Source of the DNA: an uncultured Candidatus Accumulibacter sp.
Lineage (GTDB): Bacteria; Pseudomonadota; Gammaproteobacteria; Burkholderiales; Rhodocyclaceae
Direction: 5' to 3'
NCBI GenBank assembly: GCA_964420975.1
Contig: CAYQVH010000018.1
Location: 8,847 to 72,846 of the forward strand
DNA length: 64,000 nt
Numbering within the stretch: the stretch's first letter is position 1; each line of letters begins with the position of its first letter. Below the pieces are notes generated by a model that worked only from the letters and a program-made list of their open reading frames with translations, made no database searches and had not been told where the DNA came from. Positions 46,331 through 55,530 of the stretch are shown piece after piece. The position numbers were made by a program, and so were the translations under genes.

Positions 46331-48196
46331 ATGCGCCCGTCTTCGTTCTACCCGCTCGCGCTCGGCGGCGTCTGCCTTCTGGCACTCGCTCTCGCTGCTT
46401 GCCAAACGCCAGTCAGTCCCGCGCCCAAGCGCGCCGGTCTGGAAATTCACATCGCGCACATCAACGATCATCATTCGCACCTCGAAGCGCACCCCGACTT
46501 CGAAGTGCGGGTCGACGGCGTGCCAACGCAGGTCGAGCTCGGCGGCTTCCCGCGGCTGACGACACTCTTCAAGCAACACGCTGACTTGCCGAACCTGATC
46601 AAGGTCCACGCCGGTGACGCGCAAACGGGTACGCTGTACCACACGCTCTATCACGGCGAGGCCGACGCCGCCTTGATGAATACGGTCTGTTTCGACGTCC
46701 TTGCGCTCGGTAACCACGAATTCGACGAGGGCGACGCCGGGCTGCGACGCTTTCTCGATCATCTGCGCAGCGATTCGTGCCGGACGACGGTTCTCGCCGC
46801 CAACGTTGAACCGGCGCTCGGAACACCGCTGGCGCCCGAACGCCCGCACGACTACTTGCAGCCCTACGTCTTGCGCCAGTTCGACGGGGTTACCGTCGGC
46901 TTGATCGGGATCGACGTGCGCGGCAAGACGATGCTCTCGTCGCGCCCACTGCCAAGCACCGTTTTCCGCGACGAGATCGAAACCGCCCAGCGGATCATCG
47001 ACGCTCTGCGCGCCCAAGGCGTTCGCCACATTGTCCTGGTTACCCACCAGGGCTACGCGGCCGATCGGCGAATGGCGGCCGCCTTGAGCGATGTGGATGT
47101 CATCATTGGCGGCGACTCGCACACGCTGCTCGGGGAGTTCGGAGCCTTCGGGATCGCCGGTGTCGGACCGTATCCGACGGTGGTCAGCAACCGAGACGGC
47201 GATCCGGTGTGCATTGGACAGGCGTGGGAGTACGCCAAGGCGTTTGCCTTGATGAAGGTCCGTTTCGACGAGCATGGAGCCGTCGCCGATTGCCACGGCG
47301 AGGTGACGCTGCCGATTCGCGACCGCGTGCGGCAGCGAGACGCGACCGGCGCGTTCGTCGAGGTCGACCCCACGACGCGCCGCACCGTGCTCGCTCGCCT
47401 GACCGCCGAGCGCAGTGTTCGTGTCGTCAGCCCCGACCCCGGCGCGCAGGGACGGCTCGAACACTACGCACGCCGCCTGGAAATCGTGGCGCGACAGCGG
47501 ATCGGCACCGCGGACGAGGCGCTGTGTCTGGTCCGCGTGCCTGGAGAATCCGGCCATCGCAGCGCCGGTGTCGCCGGTTGTGAGGCGGCGAATACCCTGG
47601 CCCGCGGCAGCGACGTCGCCCAGGCCGTCGCCAGCGCGTATCGACAGGCCAGCTTACTGGCTGATGTCGCGCTGCAAAACGGCGGCGGCGTGCGCGCCGC
47701 AATCGCCGCCGGGGGCGTCAGCTACCGCACCGCGTACGACGTCCTGCCGTTCAACAACGTGCTGATCGAACTTCAACTCAGCGGCCAGCAGATTCTCGAC
47801 GTACTCGAGGAAGCCGTCGCCAATCATGTCGATAACGGCGGTTCCGACGGTTCACACCCGTACGCCGCCGGCCTGCGCTGGCATCTCGACCTGTCACGAG
47901 CGCGCGGGCAACGATTCACCCAGGTCGAAGTCCGCGCCCGAAGCGCTGACGAGTGGCAGCCGCTCGAACCGGATCGACGGTACACGGTCGTCGTCAACGA
48001 CTATCTGGCCCAGGGCGGCGACGGTTATTCGTTGCTGGCAAGGTTTCACCGCTCCGAAGACAGCGTCAACACCTACCTCAGCTACACCCAAACCTTCGTC
48101 GATTACCTGCTGGCGCGCGGCCGCATCTCGCGCCCGCCGGCGGCGGAATACAGCCACCAGAGCGTGATCACTCGAGACGGCCAACGCCTTCGTTAG
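46331..48196 (+). CDS. 5'-nucleotidase/metallophosphatase lipoprotein (NadN/UshA-like)
   Basis: Lipobox LAAC; HINDHHSH, AGDA, GNHEFD, GGDSHT, NGGGVR, LPFNN. Confidence 0.92.
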   Translation: MRPSSFYPLALGGVCLLALALAACQTPVSPAPKRAGLEIHIAHINDHHSHLEAHPDFEVRVDGVPTQVELGGFPRLTTLFKQHADLPNLIKVHAGDAQTGTLYHTLYHGEADAALMNTVCFDVLALGNHEFDEGDAGLRRFLDHLRSDSCRTTVLAANVEPALGTPLAPERPHDYLQPYVLRQFDGVTVGLIGIDVRGKTMLSSRPLPSTVFRDEIETAQRIIDALRAQGVRHIVLVTHQGYAADRRMAAALSDVDVIIGGDSHTLLGEFGAFGIAGVGPYPTVVSNRDGDPVCIGQAWEYAKAFALMKVRFDEHGAVADCHGEVTLPIRDRVRQRDATGAFVEVDPTTRRTVLARLTAERSVRVVSPDPGAQGRLEHYARRLEIVARQRIGTADEALCLVRVPGESGHRSAGVAGCEAANTLARGSDVAQAVASAYRQASLLADVALQNGGGVRAAIAAGGVSYRTAYDVLPFNNVLIELQLSGQQILDVLEEAVANHVDNGGSDGSHPYAAGLRWHLDLSRARGQRFTQVEVRARSADEWQPLEPDRRYTVVVNDYLAQGGDGYSLLARFHRSEDSVNTYLSYTQTFVDYLLARGRISRPPAAEYSHQSVITRDGQRLR

Positions 48197-48534
48197 GCAA
48201 GGCCTCCGGCATCGGCGGCTCGTAAACGGGGATATGAGTCACCGGCAATGACAGGTGATCTGTCTGCATCGGCCCACACAATGTCCACATCCGCAAGGTG
48301 ACTGCATCGCAAGTCACTTACAATCTTCGGTCGCAAGAGAAGCCAGAATTGCGGAAACGTCAGGGAGTTTGGCGTGGTCGCAGACTTCGCGGACAAGGCG
48401 TCCTCGTCACTCACTGAAAAGCGGTTTCGGCCAGTCCTGTGCTTCGCAAGGGAGGGCATGCCGGTACGTTGGCGGACTTCGGAGACAGTCCGCGCGTCGG
48501 CCACCCGGGGACTTGATTGACCAAAGGAGCAAAC

Positions 48535-50211
48535 ATGTCTTATTCGGCTTTCGTGCAAGCACGCGACTACCTTCAGGCCCATCGCACGGACTACGAGACC
48601 GCTTATCGCGGTTATCAGCCGCCGCAACTCACGAAGTTCAACTGGGCGCTCGACTACTTCGACGTCATGGCGAAGGACCACCACGGCCTCGCGCTGTGGG
48701 TTGTGAACGAAGACGGGTCGGAGCAGAAGGTGTCGTACGCCACGATGTCGAAGCGCTCCAACCAGGTGGCGAACTGGCTTCGGGCGCAGGGGGTTCGGCG
48801 TGGCGACCGGATACTGATGATGCTCGGCAACGAAGTGCCGCTGTGGGAGACGATGCTCGCCTCGATCAAGCTCGGCGCCGTACTGACACCGGCAACGACC
48901 TTGCTGGCGCCGGATGACTTGCGCGACCGTCTCGAACGCGGCCAAGTGCGGCACGTGATCATCGGTCACACCCACGCCGAGAAGTTCGCCAGCTTGCCGG
49001 GTAGTTACACGCGGACCACGGTCGGCGGCAGCGTCGACGGTTGGCAGTCGCTCGAACAGGCTTACGAGGAGTCGACCGATTTTGTCGCCGATGGACCGAC
49101 GATGGCGACCGACCCGCAGCTGCTCTACTTCACTTCCGGAACGACCTCGAAGCCGAAGCTGGTCCTGCACAGCCAGCAGAGTTATCCGGTCGGACACCTG
49201 TCGACGATGTACTGGCTCGGACTACAACCAGGCGACGTGCACTGGAACATCAGTTCGCCGGGCTGGGCGAAGCACGCCTGGAGCTGTTTTTTCGCGCCGT
49301 GGAACGCCGGGGCGACGATTTTCATCTACAACTACGCCCGTTTCGCCGCGGCGGCGATCCTCGATACGCTTGTCCGATGCGAAGTCACCACGCTCTGCGC
49401 GCCGCCGACCGTCTGGCGGATGCTGATCCAGGAGGATCTGCGCAAGTATCCGGTCAAGGTCCGCGAGCTGATCGGTGCCGGCGAGCCGCTGAATCCGGAA
49501 GTCATCGACCAGGTCAAGGAGGCGTGGGGAATCACGCTGCGCGACGGCTTCGGCCAAACCGAAACGACCGCCCAGGTCGGCAACTCGCCCGGCCAGCCGG
49601 TCAAGCTCGGTTCGATGGGACGGCCAATGCCCGGCTACCAGGTGCGTCTGGTCGACGCTGACGGCCACGTCGGCGACGAGGGCGAAATTTGCCTCGATCT
49701 TTCGACGCGCCCGATCGGGTTGATGATCTCGTACGCCGACGACCCCGAGAAGACCGCCGAAGTGATGCGCGACGGCTTTTACCATACCGGTGACACGGCC
49801 TCGATCGACGCCGACGGCTATATCACGTACGTCGGCCGCGCCGACGACGTCTTCAAGGCTTCCGACTATCGCATCAGTCCGTTCGAGCTCGAAAGCGTGC
49901 TCATCGAACACGAGGCCGTCGCCGAAGCAGCCGTCGTGCCGAGCCCGGATCCCTTGCGTCTCGCCGTACCGAAAGCCTTCCTGACCCTGCGCGCCGGCTA
50001 TCAACCCAGCCGTGAGCTGGCGCGTGAGATCTTCGTCTTCCTGCGCAGCCGCTTGTCGCCGTACAAGCGCGTGCGCCGGATCGAGTTCCGCGAACTGCCG
50101 AAGACGATCTCGGGCAAGATTCGCCGCGTCGAACTGCGCAAGGGCGAGCAGGACAAGGGAACGGCGACACGCGCCGAACTCGAGTTCTACGAAGACGATT
50201 TCGACCTCTGA
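48535..50211 (+). CDS. Short/medium-chain acyl-CoA synthetase (ANL family)
   Basis: A3 YFTSGTTSKPK, DGFGQTE, YHTGD, GRADDVFK, LPKTISGKIRR; RBS AAGGAG. Confidence 0.93.
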   Translation: MSYSAFVQARDYLQAHRTDYETAYRGYQPPQLTKFNWALDYFDVMAKDHHGLALWVVNEDGSEQKVSYATMSKRSNQVANWLRAQGVRRGDRILMMLGNEVPLWETMLASIKLGAVLTPATTLLAPDDLRDRLERGQVRHVIIGHTHAEKFASLPGSYTRTTVGGSVDGWQSLEQAYEESTDFVADGPTMATDPQLLYFTSGTTSKPKLVLHSQQSYPVGHLSTMYWLGLQPGDVHWNISSPGWAKHAWSCFFAPWNAGATIFIYNYARFAAAAILDTLVRCEVTTLCAPPTVWRMLIQEDLRKYPVKVRELIGAGEPLNPEVIDQVKEAWGITLRDGFGQTETTAQVGNSPGQPVKLGSMGRPMPGYQVRLVDADGHVGDEGEICLDLSTRPIGLMISYADDPEKTAEVMRDGFYHTGDTASIDADGYITYVGRADDVFKASDYRISPFELESVLIEHEAVAEAAVVPSPDPLRLAVPKAFLTLRAGYQPSRELAREIFVFLRSRLSPYKRVRRIEFRELPKTISGKIRRVELRKGEQDKGTATRAELEFYEDDFDL

Positions 50212-50241
50212 AACGCTGAGTCAGCGTCGCCTCAAAGACCA

Positions 50242-50273
50242 CAGGGTTTGTCGCATCCTCGCGACAAACCCTG
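50242..50273. terminator. Perfect 13-bp hairpin between convergent genes
   Basis: CAGGGTTTGTCGC-ATCCTC-GCGACAAACCCTG. Confidence 0.55.
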
Positions 50274-50419
50274 CTTGACCCGACTGCCGACGACAGACGG
50301 CTAAGGCTTGCCCTCGGTGAGCTGGTGCCCGGGCATAGCCGCAGCCACGAGGGGATCAGCGGCGAACGAGGCGAACTCGCGCACTGGGTCGTCCTCTCGG
50401 TCAGGCGGAACCGCCACGT

Positions 50420-50962
50420 TCAACCGGCGGACGCCGACCGGTGGTGCCGGAGCGCGACCGGTTGGGGTTCGAGTTTCCGGCGCAGCACATGGTCCACCGA
50501 AAGTCGCCCCGGACCCATCAACAGCAGTGGCAGCAACATGCCGATATAGAGAACGGGCAACTTGAAGTTGCCAAAGCCCTGGTCGGTGATGACGTAGCCC
50601 TTGAGCAGTTCGCTGGCGCTTGCCCACGATGCGGGCCAGTGCACGCTGGCAATCGCCACCACCGTCAGTACGACCAAGGATAGCGAGAAGAAACGGGTCA
50701 TCACGCCAAACACCAAGGCGACACCACCGAGGATTTCGAACCAGGTCGCGAGCTGCCAACTGACCGCCGGTGGAACGAGGTCGAATGGAAACGGGAAGCG
50801 GTCGTGGATGTCGGTAAACCAGTTTTCCCCGCCGAGCTTCTCGATCCCGGCCTCGAAGAACTCCCAACCGAGGACGAGTCGCAGACTGAGCAAACCGATG
50901 GCCAGGCCAAGCCAGTCAACGGCCGCCAAGCCCTTCCAAAGCAGCGGACGAGGCGACGTCAT
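50420..50962 (-). CDS. DoxX family membrane protein (HvfX-like)
   Basis: [35 protein letters not shown]. Confidence 0.85.
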   Translation of the reverse strand: MTSPRPLLWKGLAAVDWLGLAIGLLSLRLVLGWEFFEAGIEKLGGENWFTDIHDRFPFPFDLVPPAVSWQLATWFEILGGVALVFGVMTRFFSLSLVVLTVVAIASVHWPASWASASELLKGYVITDQGFGNFKLPVLYIGMLLPLLLMGPGRLSVDHVLRRKLEPQPVALRHHRSASAG

Positions 50963-51696
50963 GGCCTGCTCCCGAGAAGGAGGTGTTGACGATGCAACTG
51001 TCGCAGGACCTCACTGCCAAAAGCGACCAGTTGCGCAAGAGACGGGTGCTGCAGCTCGCCGGCGATTTGTTCGAGAGCCGCACGGCCGCTGGTATCACCG
51101 ACCGAAAGCAAAGTCAGAAGGCGCGCCGTGACAGCGTTGAGCTCGGTGAAGCCAACCTCGTCGTCACTGTGGCGATGCACCGCGAGATAGGTGGCCAGCG
51201 GCTTCCGCGGCCGGTAGGCGAAGCCGATGCGATGCACTGGCCAGGCGTAGTGCAACACCCGACAGCTTGGATTGACGACCACGACCTCGCGCAACAGGTC
51301 ACCTTCCGGATCGTGCGCGGGCGTCGGGACGTCCAGCGCTTCGACCGCCAGCTCCACCCACTCGTAGTGCGCGAGATCGGCAAACCAGGCGGGAAGCGGC
51401 GGCTTCGTCTCGGCCTCGGCAAGGTAGCGAACGAATTCGCGGGGAATCTCCCGAAATAAGGGCGTGTGCAACGGCCAGTCGCGATAAAAGCTGCGATTGA
51501 GCCGCCGCCAGCGGCGTTCGCCAAGCAGCTGTCGCCCGACCGGGAAGCACGCGTCGAGAAAGCCGCAGAGGTTGTTGAACAGCAGTTCGGCGTAGACCGC
51601 GGCGGTACGCCCGGGAACGCCGGCGGGCCGCCGATGGCGATGCGGGTCGCGCAGGTAGCGGCCAAAACTGCGCTGGAAATCCTGATACTCGTTCAT
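50959..51696 (-). CDS. DUF2063 (HvfC/BufC-like) MNIO partner protein
   Basis: [40 protein letters not shown]. Confidence 0.88.
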   Translation of the reverse strand: MNEYQDFQRSFGRYLRDPHRHRRPAGVPGRTAAVYAELLFNNLCGFLDACFPVGRQLLGERRWRRLNRSFYRDWPLHTPLFREIPREFVRYLAEAETKPPLPAWFADLAHYEWVELAVEALDVPTPAHDPEGDLLREVVVVNPSCRVLHYAWPVHRIGFAYRPRKPLATYLAVHRHSDDEVGFTELNAVTARLLTLLSVGDTSGRAALEQIAGELQHPSLAQLVAFGSEVLRQLHRQHLLLGSRP

Positions 51697-51697
51697 T

Positions 51698-52552
51698 TCA
51701 GGCTGCCCTGCGCGTTGCGTATGGAGCGGCGGCCTGCAGGCGGGCGATGGTCTCCACCTCGGCGCTCAGGCGATCGAGTTCGGGAAAGTTGAAATCACGT
51801 TCCAGGCACGTCGCAACGTCGCCACCAATGCGCTGGTAGAGCGCCGCGAGCAGATCCCAGACCGGATCAATCACCTCCGCACCATGGGTGTCGATGATCA
51901 ACCCGTCAGGCTCGACGTAGTGGCCCGCCACATGGACATACGCCGTCCGCTCCAGCGGCAAGGAGTCGATATAAGCGAGCGGTTCAAAGCCGAAATTACG
52001 ACTATTGACGTAAACATTATTGACGTCGAGATGCAGCAGGCAGTCGGCCTCGGTCAAAACGGCGGTCATGAACTCGCTCTCGCTCATTTCAGCCCCCGGC
52101 GGCGCAACGTAGTAGGAAGGGTTCTCGATGCCGATACGCTGGCCGAGGACGTCCTGCGTCTGGCGGATTCGGTCCACCGTCCAGCGAACGGCGTCGCCGG
52201 TCAGGGGGATCGGCAGCAAGTCATACAAATGACTGTCGTCGCTGCACCACGAAAGATGCTCGGTGTACAGCGTCATCCCGTGTTCGCCCATGAACGAACG
52301 GATTTGCCGCAACAAGCTCGTATCCAGCGGTGCCAAGCCGCCGAGCGAGAGCGACAAGCCGTGGCAGACAAAGGGGTAGCGTTCGCTGAAACAGCGCAGA
52401 TCCCGTTGCCAACGACCGCCGACACCCGCCCAGTTCTCCGGCGCCAACTCGAAAAAAGCGATTGCCGGCGGAACTGCCGACTTCAGCGCGGGAATCAGTT
52501 CGCGGCGAAAGCCGAGGCCGGCGCCGGTCACGGAACGAAGTGCAGCCATCAC
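51698..52552 (-). CDS. DUF692 multinuclear non-heme iron oxidative enzyme (MNIO; HvfB/BufB-like)
   Basis: GLGFRR, ELAPENW, HGLSLSLGG, EHLSW, IENPSYY, LDVNNVYVN, HVAGH, DTHG, LERD. Confidence 0.93.
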   Translation of the reverse strand: MMAALRSVTGAGLGFRRELIPALKSAVPPAIAFFELAPENWAGVGGRWQRDLRCFSERYPFVCHGLSLSLGGLAPLDTSLLRQIRSFMGEHGMTLYTEHLSWCSDDSHLYDLLPIPLTGDAVRWTVDRIRQTQDVLGQRIGIENPSYYVAPPGAEMSESEFMTAVLTEADCLLHLDVNNVYVNSRNFGFEPLAYIDSLPLERTAYVHVAGHYVEPDGLIIDTHGAEVIDPVWDLLAALYQRIGGDVATCLERDFNFPELDRLSAEVETIARLQAAAPYATRRAA

Positions 52553-52753
52553 CCCTCCAGAAGATGTTCAGCCAGCGCTGGCGACAAACCAAGCGTACCG
52601 CCAGCAACAAGACGCGGAAGAAACACACGCCTAGCGCGCCCGTCGTGATCCGGCTGGCGATCGCCAGCCGTCGCGCCCGCGTGTGTTCTCCTGCTCATCG
52701 GGAATCCGGACAACGATGAGGTCGCCACCATTGTCCCGACCCTCATCGACGTC

Positions 52754-53062
52754 CTACTTTTTGGTGCTGCCGCACTTGCCTTCGCCGCACTTGCCGTCCT
52801 TGCTCTTGTCGGCTTTCTTGTCGGCGCCGCACTTGCCTTCGCCGCACTTGCCGTCCTTGCCTTTTTCGGCTTTCTTGTCGCCACCACACTTGCCTTCACC
52901 GCACTTGCCGTCTTTCTGTTTCGTGTCTGCCTGTGCCAGCTGGTAGCCCGACTGCAGCGACTTGACCGCAAACGGATTCTCGGCGGCATGGGCGAGCGGC
53001 GACAAAGCGGTTGCGGCAAACGCGGAGGTGACGGCAAGCGAAGCGAGTTGACGTTTTTTCAT
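52754..53062 (-). CDS. HvfA/oxazolin-type secreted RiPP precursor (102 aa)
   Basis: Signal peptide, ENPFA..L.SGY linker, three DGKCGEGKCG units (six Cys); directly upstream of DUF692. Confidence 0.9.
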   Translation of the reverse strand: MKKRQLASLAVTSAFAATALSPLAHAAENPFAVKSLQSGYQLAQADTKQKDGKCGEGKCGGDKKAEKGKDGKCGEGKCGADKKADKSKDGKCGEGKCGSTKK

Positions 53063-53116
53063 TGTGATTTCTCCATTGGGTTGATGAGGTTGCGAACAGG
53101 CGAAGTGCCCGCTCAA

Positions 53117-53144
53117 GCGGATAGTCGCGCCAGCGAAAAGTTCC
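53117..53144 (-). promoter_or_regulatory. Possible ECF sigma promoter of the RiPP operon
   Basis: Minus strand GGAACTT-N16-TCCGC, resembling RpoE-type -35/-10 elements. Confidence 0.3.
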
Positions 53145-53261
53145 TTACAGGTTTTTTCTCGCGACTGACTGACGGTCGCTCCGACGCTTCTCGAGGCCCT
53201 GCGGCAGCACGTGCCGCGCACGACCGATTGATCGTTTCGACCAATCTCGTCCAACCGGCGT

Positions 53262-54851
53262 CTAGCCGACGACCTGACTCCAATCGAGTCCGAAACGCGC
53301 CAGGTACTTGCGCAGCCGATCGGCATCGTTGATCTGACTTTTCTGCAGTCGCGAGACGGCGAACAAGCGACGGCCGGCTTCGGACAGACTGGGCGAGCGC
53401 CGACAAACGTCGACGACGAAGTTGATCTGCCCGCGATCAAAAAGGTCGAGCGATTCGGCTGCGTCGCCTAGCAGGCGGCGTGCTGGGTCGGTGGGGAGGT
53501 CTTCGCCCCCCCAGGACGCGCGCAGGCGTTCGATTTCGGCCTCGACGTCGAGCTCGTTGATGCGCCCCCCGTCGCAAAGCGTCGCCAGGCGCGTCAGCGA
53601 GGCCGAAAGTTCGCGGAAGTTGCCGCTCCAACGCGCCGCGGACGAACACGCGAAGGCCAGGTAACGCCGTCGCGCCTCGACGTTGAAGCGAACCAGGCGA
53701 CCGTTGTCGCGCGCGTAGCGTTCGAGTTCGAAGTCAACATTGGGTTCGATGTCTTCGCGACGTTCGCAAAGTCCGGGCAGTTCGAACGTCCACAGGTTGA
53801 TCCGCGCCAACAAGTCCTCGCGAAAGCGACCTTCTCCCACCTCGCGACGCAAGTCGCGGTTGGTGCCCGCGATCAGTTGAAAGTCACTCGCCGCCTCACG
53901 GTCGCTACCCACCGGCAGGAAGCGTTTCTCTTCAATCGCCTTGAGCAGCATCGCCTGCTCGTCGACGCCCAGTTCGCCGATTTCGTCAAGAAACAACAGG
54001 CCGCCGTCGGCCGCTCGCAACAGCCCACCGCGCTCGACCTGCGCACCGGTAAACGCGCCGCGAACGTGGCCGAAGAGCGCCGACATCGCAGCGTCACCGC
54101 GCAAGGTCGCGCAGTTGAGTTCGACAAAGCGGCCGGGAAGGCGTTGACGCTGACGTTTCCACTCAAAAACCCGGCGTGCCAGAAACGACTTGCCCGCACC
54201 AGTCGGTCCGACCAGCAGCAGCGGCGCCCGCGAGCGAGCGGCAACCCGTTCGATGCGCTCGATCATGGCGTTGAACGCCGCGTTGCGCGTTGCGATCCCC
54301 GCTTTGAGGAAGCTCACGGTGTCTTCCTGTTCGCGCCGGAAGCGCTGCGCGATCTTGTCGTAGCACGAGAGGTCGAGGTCGATGATCGCGTAAGAACCAG
54401 CCGGGTTCGGCCCATCCCGGCCACGCGGCGGCGAGGTCTGGAGCAGGCGCGCCGGCAGGTAACGCGCTTCCGCGAGCAGGAACCAGCAGATTTGTGCGAC
54501 GTGACTGCCGGTCGTGATGTGAATCAGGTAATCGGCTTCGTCAGCGGCAAACGGATAGGCGCGTGCAAAGTCGAGTAACGTCGTATACACCTCCTCAAAG
54601 TCCCAAGGATCGCGGAGCTCGATTTCGACGCTCCGGACTTCGGTCTCCGGCGCAACGGACGCGATATCCAGTCGGGTCTGCTCGAAGAGTCCTCGACTGC
54701 GCTGATCGTGCAGTAATTCGAGCCGATGCACGACCAGGTCTTCCTGCTGACAAAGAGCGACGGTCGGTCGCCACCTTTGCCAACGCGCGCTACCTCGTCC
54801 CGCGTTATCGAGCTGCGTGCCCAGAAAACCGACCACGACCAGTTGGCGCAT
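53262..54851 (-). CDS. rtcR: RNA repair transcriptional activator RtcR (CARF + sigma54 AAA+)
   Basis: VVGFLGTQLD, RWRPTV, DPWDFEEVY, HITTGSHVAQIC, GPTGAGKS, GAFTGA, LFLDEIG. Confidence 0.96.
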   Translation of the reverse strand: MRQLVVVGFLGTQLDNAGRGSARWQRWRPTVALCQQEDLVVHRLELLHDQRSRGLFEQTRLDIASVAPETEVRSVEIELRDPWDFEEVYTTLLDFARAYPFAADEADYLIHITTGSHVAQICWFLLAEARYLPARLLQTSPPRGRDGPNPAGSYAIIDLDLSCYDKIAQRFRREQEDTVSFLKAGIATRNAAFNAMIERIERVAARSRAPLLLVGPTGAGKSFLARRVFEWKRQRQRLPGRFVELNCATLRGDAAMSALFGHVRGAFTGAQVERGGLLRAADGGLLFLDEIGELGVDEQAMLLKAIEEKRFLPVGSDREAASDFQLIAGTNRDLRREVGEGRFREDLLARINLWTFELPGLCERREDIEPNVDFELERYARDNGRLVRFNVEARRRYLAFACSSAARWSGNFRELSASLTRLATLCDGGRINELDVEAEIERLRASWGGEDLPTDPARRLLGDAAESLDLFDRGQINFVVDVCRRSPSLSEAGRRLFAVSRLQKSQINDADRLRKYLARFGLDWSQVVG

Positions 54852-54855
54852 GGAC

Positions 54856-54890
54856 TATCTCCTAAGATACATTGCTATCTAATATTCTAG
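54856..54890. promoter_or_regulatory. Candidate RtcR upstream activation sequence
   Basis: TATCT-CCTA-AGATA inverted repeat (54856-54869) plus a second CTATCT at 54875, about 120 bp upstream of the -24 element. Confidence 0.45.
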
Positions 54891-54988
54891 TCTGAGAGCC
54901 TGCGCCGGCGTTCACCAACGCGCCGTCACTTTTGAATTGGTTCAATAAACCCTACGGTTGAAGCCGCATGACAGGCAGCGAACGAAAC

Positions 54989-55004
54989 TGGCACGTCTTT
55001 CGCT
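54989..55004 (+). promoter_or_regulatory. Sigma54 (-24/-12) promoter of the rtcB operon
   Basis: TGGCAC-GTCTT-TCGCT with correct GG/GC spacing, divergent from rtcR. Confidence 0.75.
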
Positions 55005-55025
55005 TTGACGAAAGCGATCGTCACT

Positions 55026-55071
55026 GCGCCGCAAGGGCCCACGGGCCAGGGTTCAACAGCCCTGCCGGTGC
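55026..55071 (+). ncRNA. tRNA-like module A (acceptor-like stem plus T-arm-like hairpin)
   Basis: GCGCCG/CGGTGC stem enclosing CAGGG-TTCAACAG-CCCTG (55047-55064). Confidence 0.35.
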
Positions 55072-55099
55072 GCGATGGCCGGACGCTGGTCCGTCGCCG

Positions 55100-55181
55100 T
55101 CGCGTATGCCGCCGCGACGCATGCGGTCATCTCGCGGACTCGGGTGAGTGAATGCGGGTTCGAATCCCGCCCCGCGAACCA
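55100..55181 (+). ncRNA. Pseudo-tRNA module B ending in ACCA
   Basis: Canonical T arm GCGGG-TTCGAAT-CCCGC (55154-55170), then a 7-nt acceptor strand CCCGCGA and ACCA; 5' partner TCGCG at 55100 or TCGCGG at 55132; non-canonical D and anticodon arms. Confidence 0.6.
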
Positions 55182-55182
55182 C

Positions 55183-55246
55183 TGGATAGCTCAGTCGGGT
55201 AGAGCAGCCGCCTTGGCGGCGTGTCGCAGGTTCGACTCCTGCTCCA
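55183..55246 (+). ncRNA. Pseudo-tRNA module C with a 4-nt anticodon loop
   Basis: TAGCTCAGTCGGGTAGAGCA D arm, GCCGC-CTTG-GCGGC, T arm GCAGG-TTCGACT-CCTGC; only a 4-bp acceptor stem TGGA/TCCA. Confidence 0.65.
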
Positions 55247-55530
55247 AGCCTGTCTTCAAACGACAGTGCGTTATCAGTAACACCCGCCGGTCGCGGCATG
55301 CGCAAGCACCCGCCATCGGGCGCGCGCGGCCCCTGCCCCGGATCAGCGGCAGAGCCGGACGGCGTCGCGGGTCGCTGCGTCGGGAGCCGCATGGCTCGTG
55401 AGCGCAGGCACTCGGCGCCGACGGCTTCCCCGCTGCTCTCGGAAGGGCGGCCCCGCCGCCCGCTGCCGACCGGCAACAAACAGAAGGTGTGCTGCCCTCA
55501 GCGCGGGGAATCAAGAGGAAAGGAAACGCG

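Noticed and set aside
48197-48534. 338-bp intergenic region as a riboswitch or ncRNA
   Set aside because: No known aptamer consensus or convincing long stems were recognised; it is most likely the acyl-CoA synthetase promoter region.
52764-52912. Regularly spaced 57-nt repeats resembling a CRISPR array
   Set aside because: They are the coding repeats (DGKCGEGKCG) of the RiPP precursor; the spacers are in frame and similar to one another, and no cas genes are present.
53063-53440. 126-aa N-terminal extension of the RiPP precursor
   Set aside because: It overlaps the 3' end of rtcR; the RBS GGAG and the signal peptide begin at 53062.
55100-55246. Canonical tRNA genes
   Set aside because: Neither module has a 7-nt anticodon loop together with a full 7-bp acceptor stem, so no isotype can be assigned. 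They are kept as tRNA-like ncRNAs.
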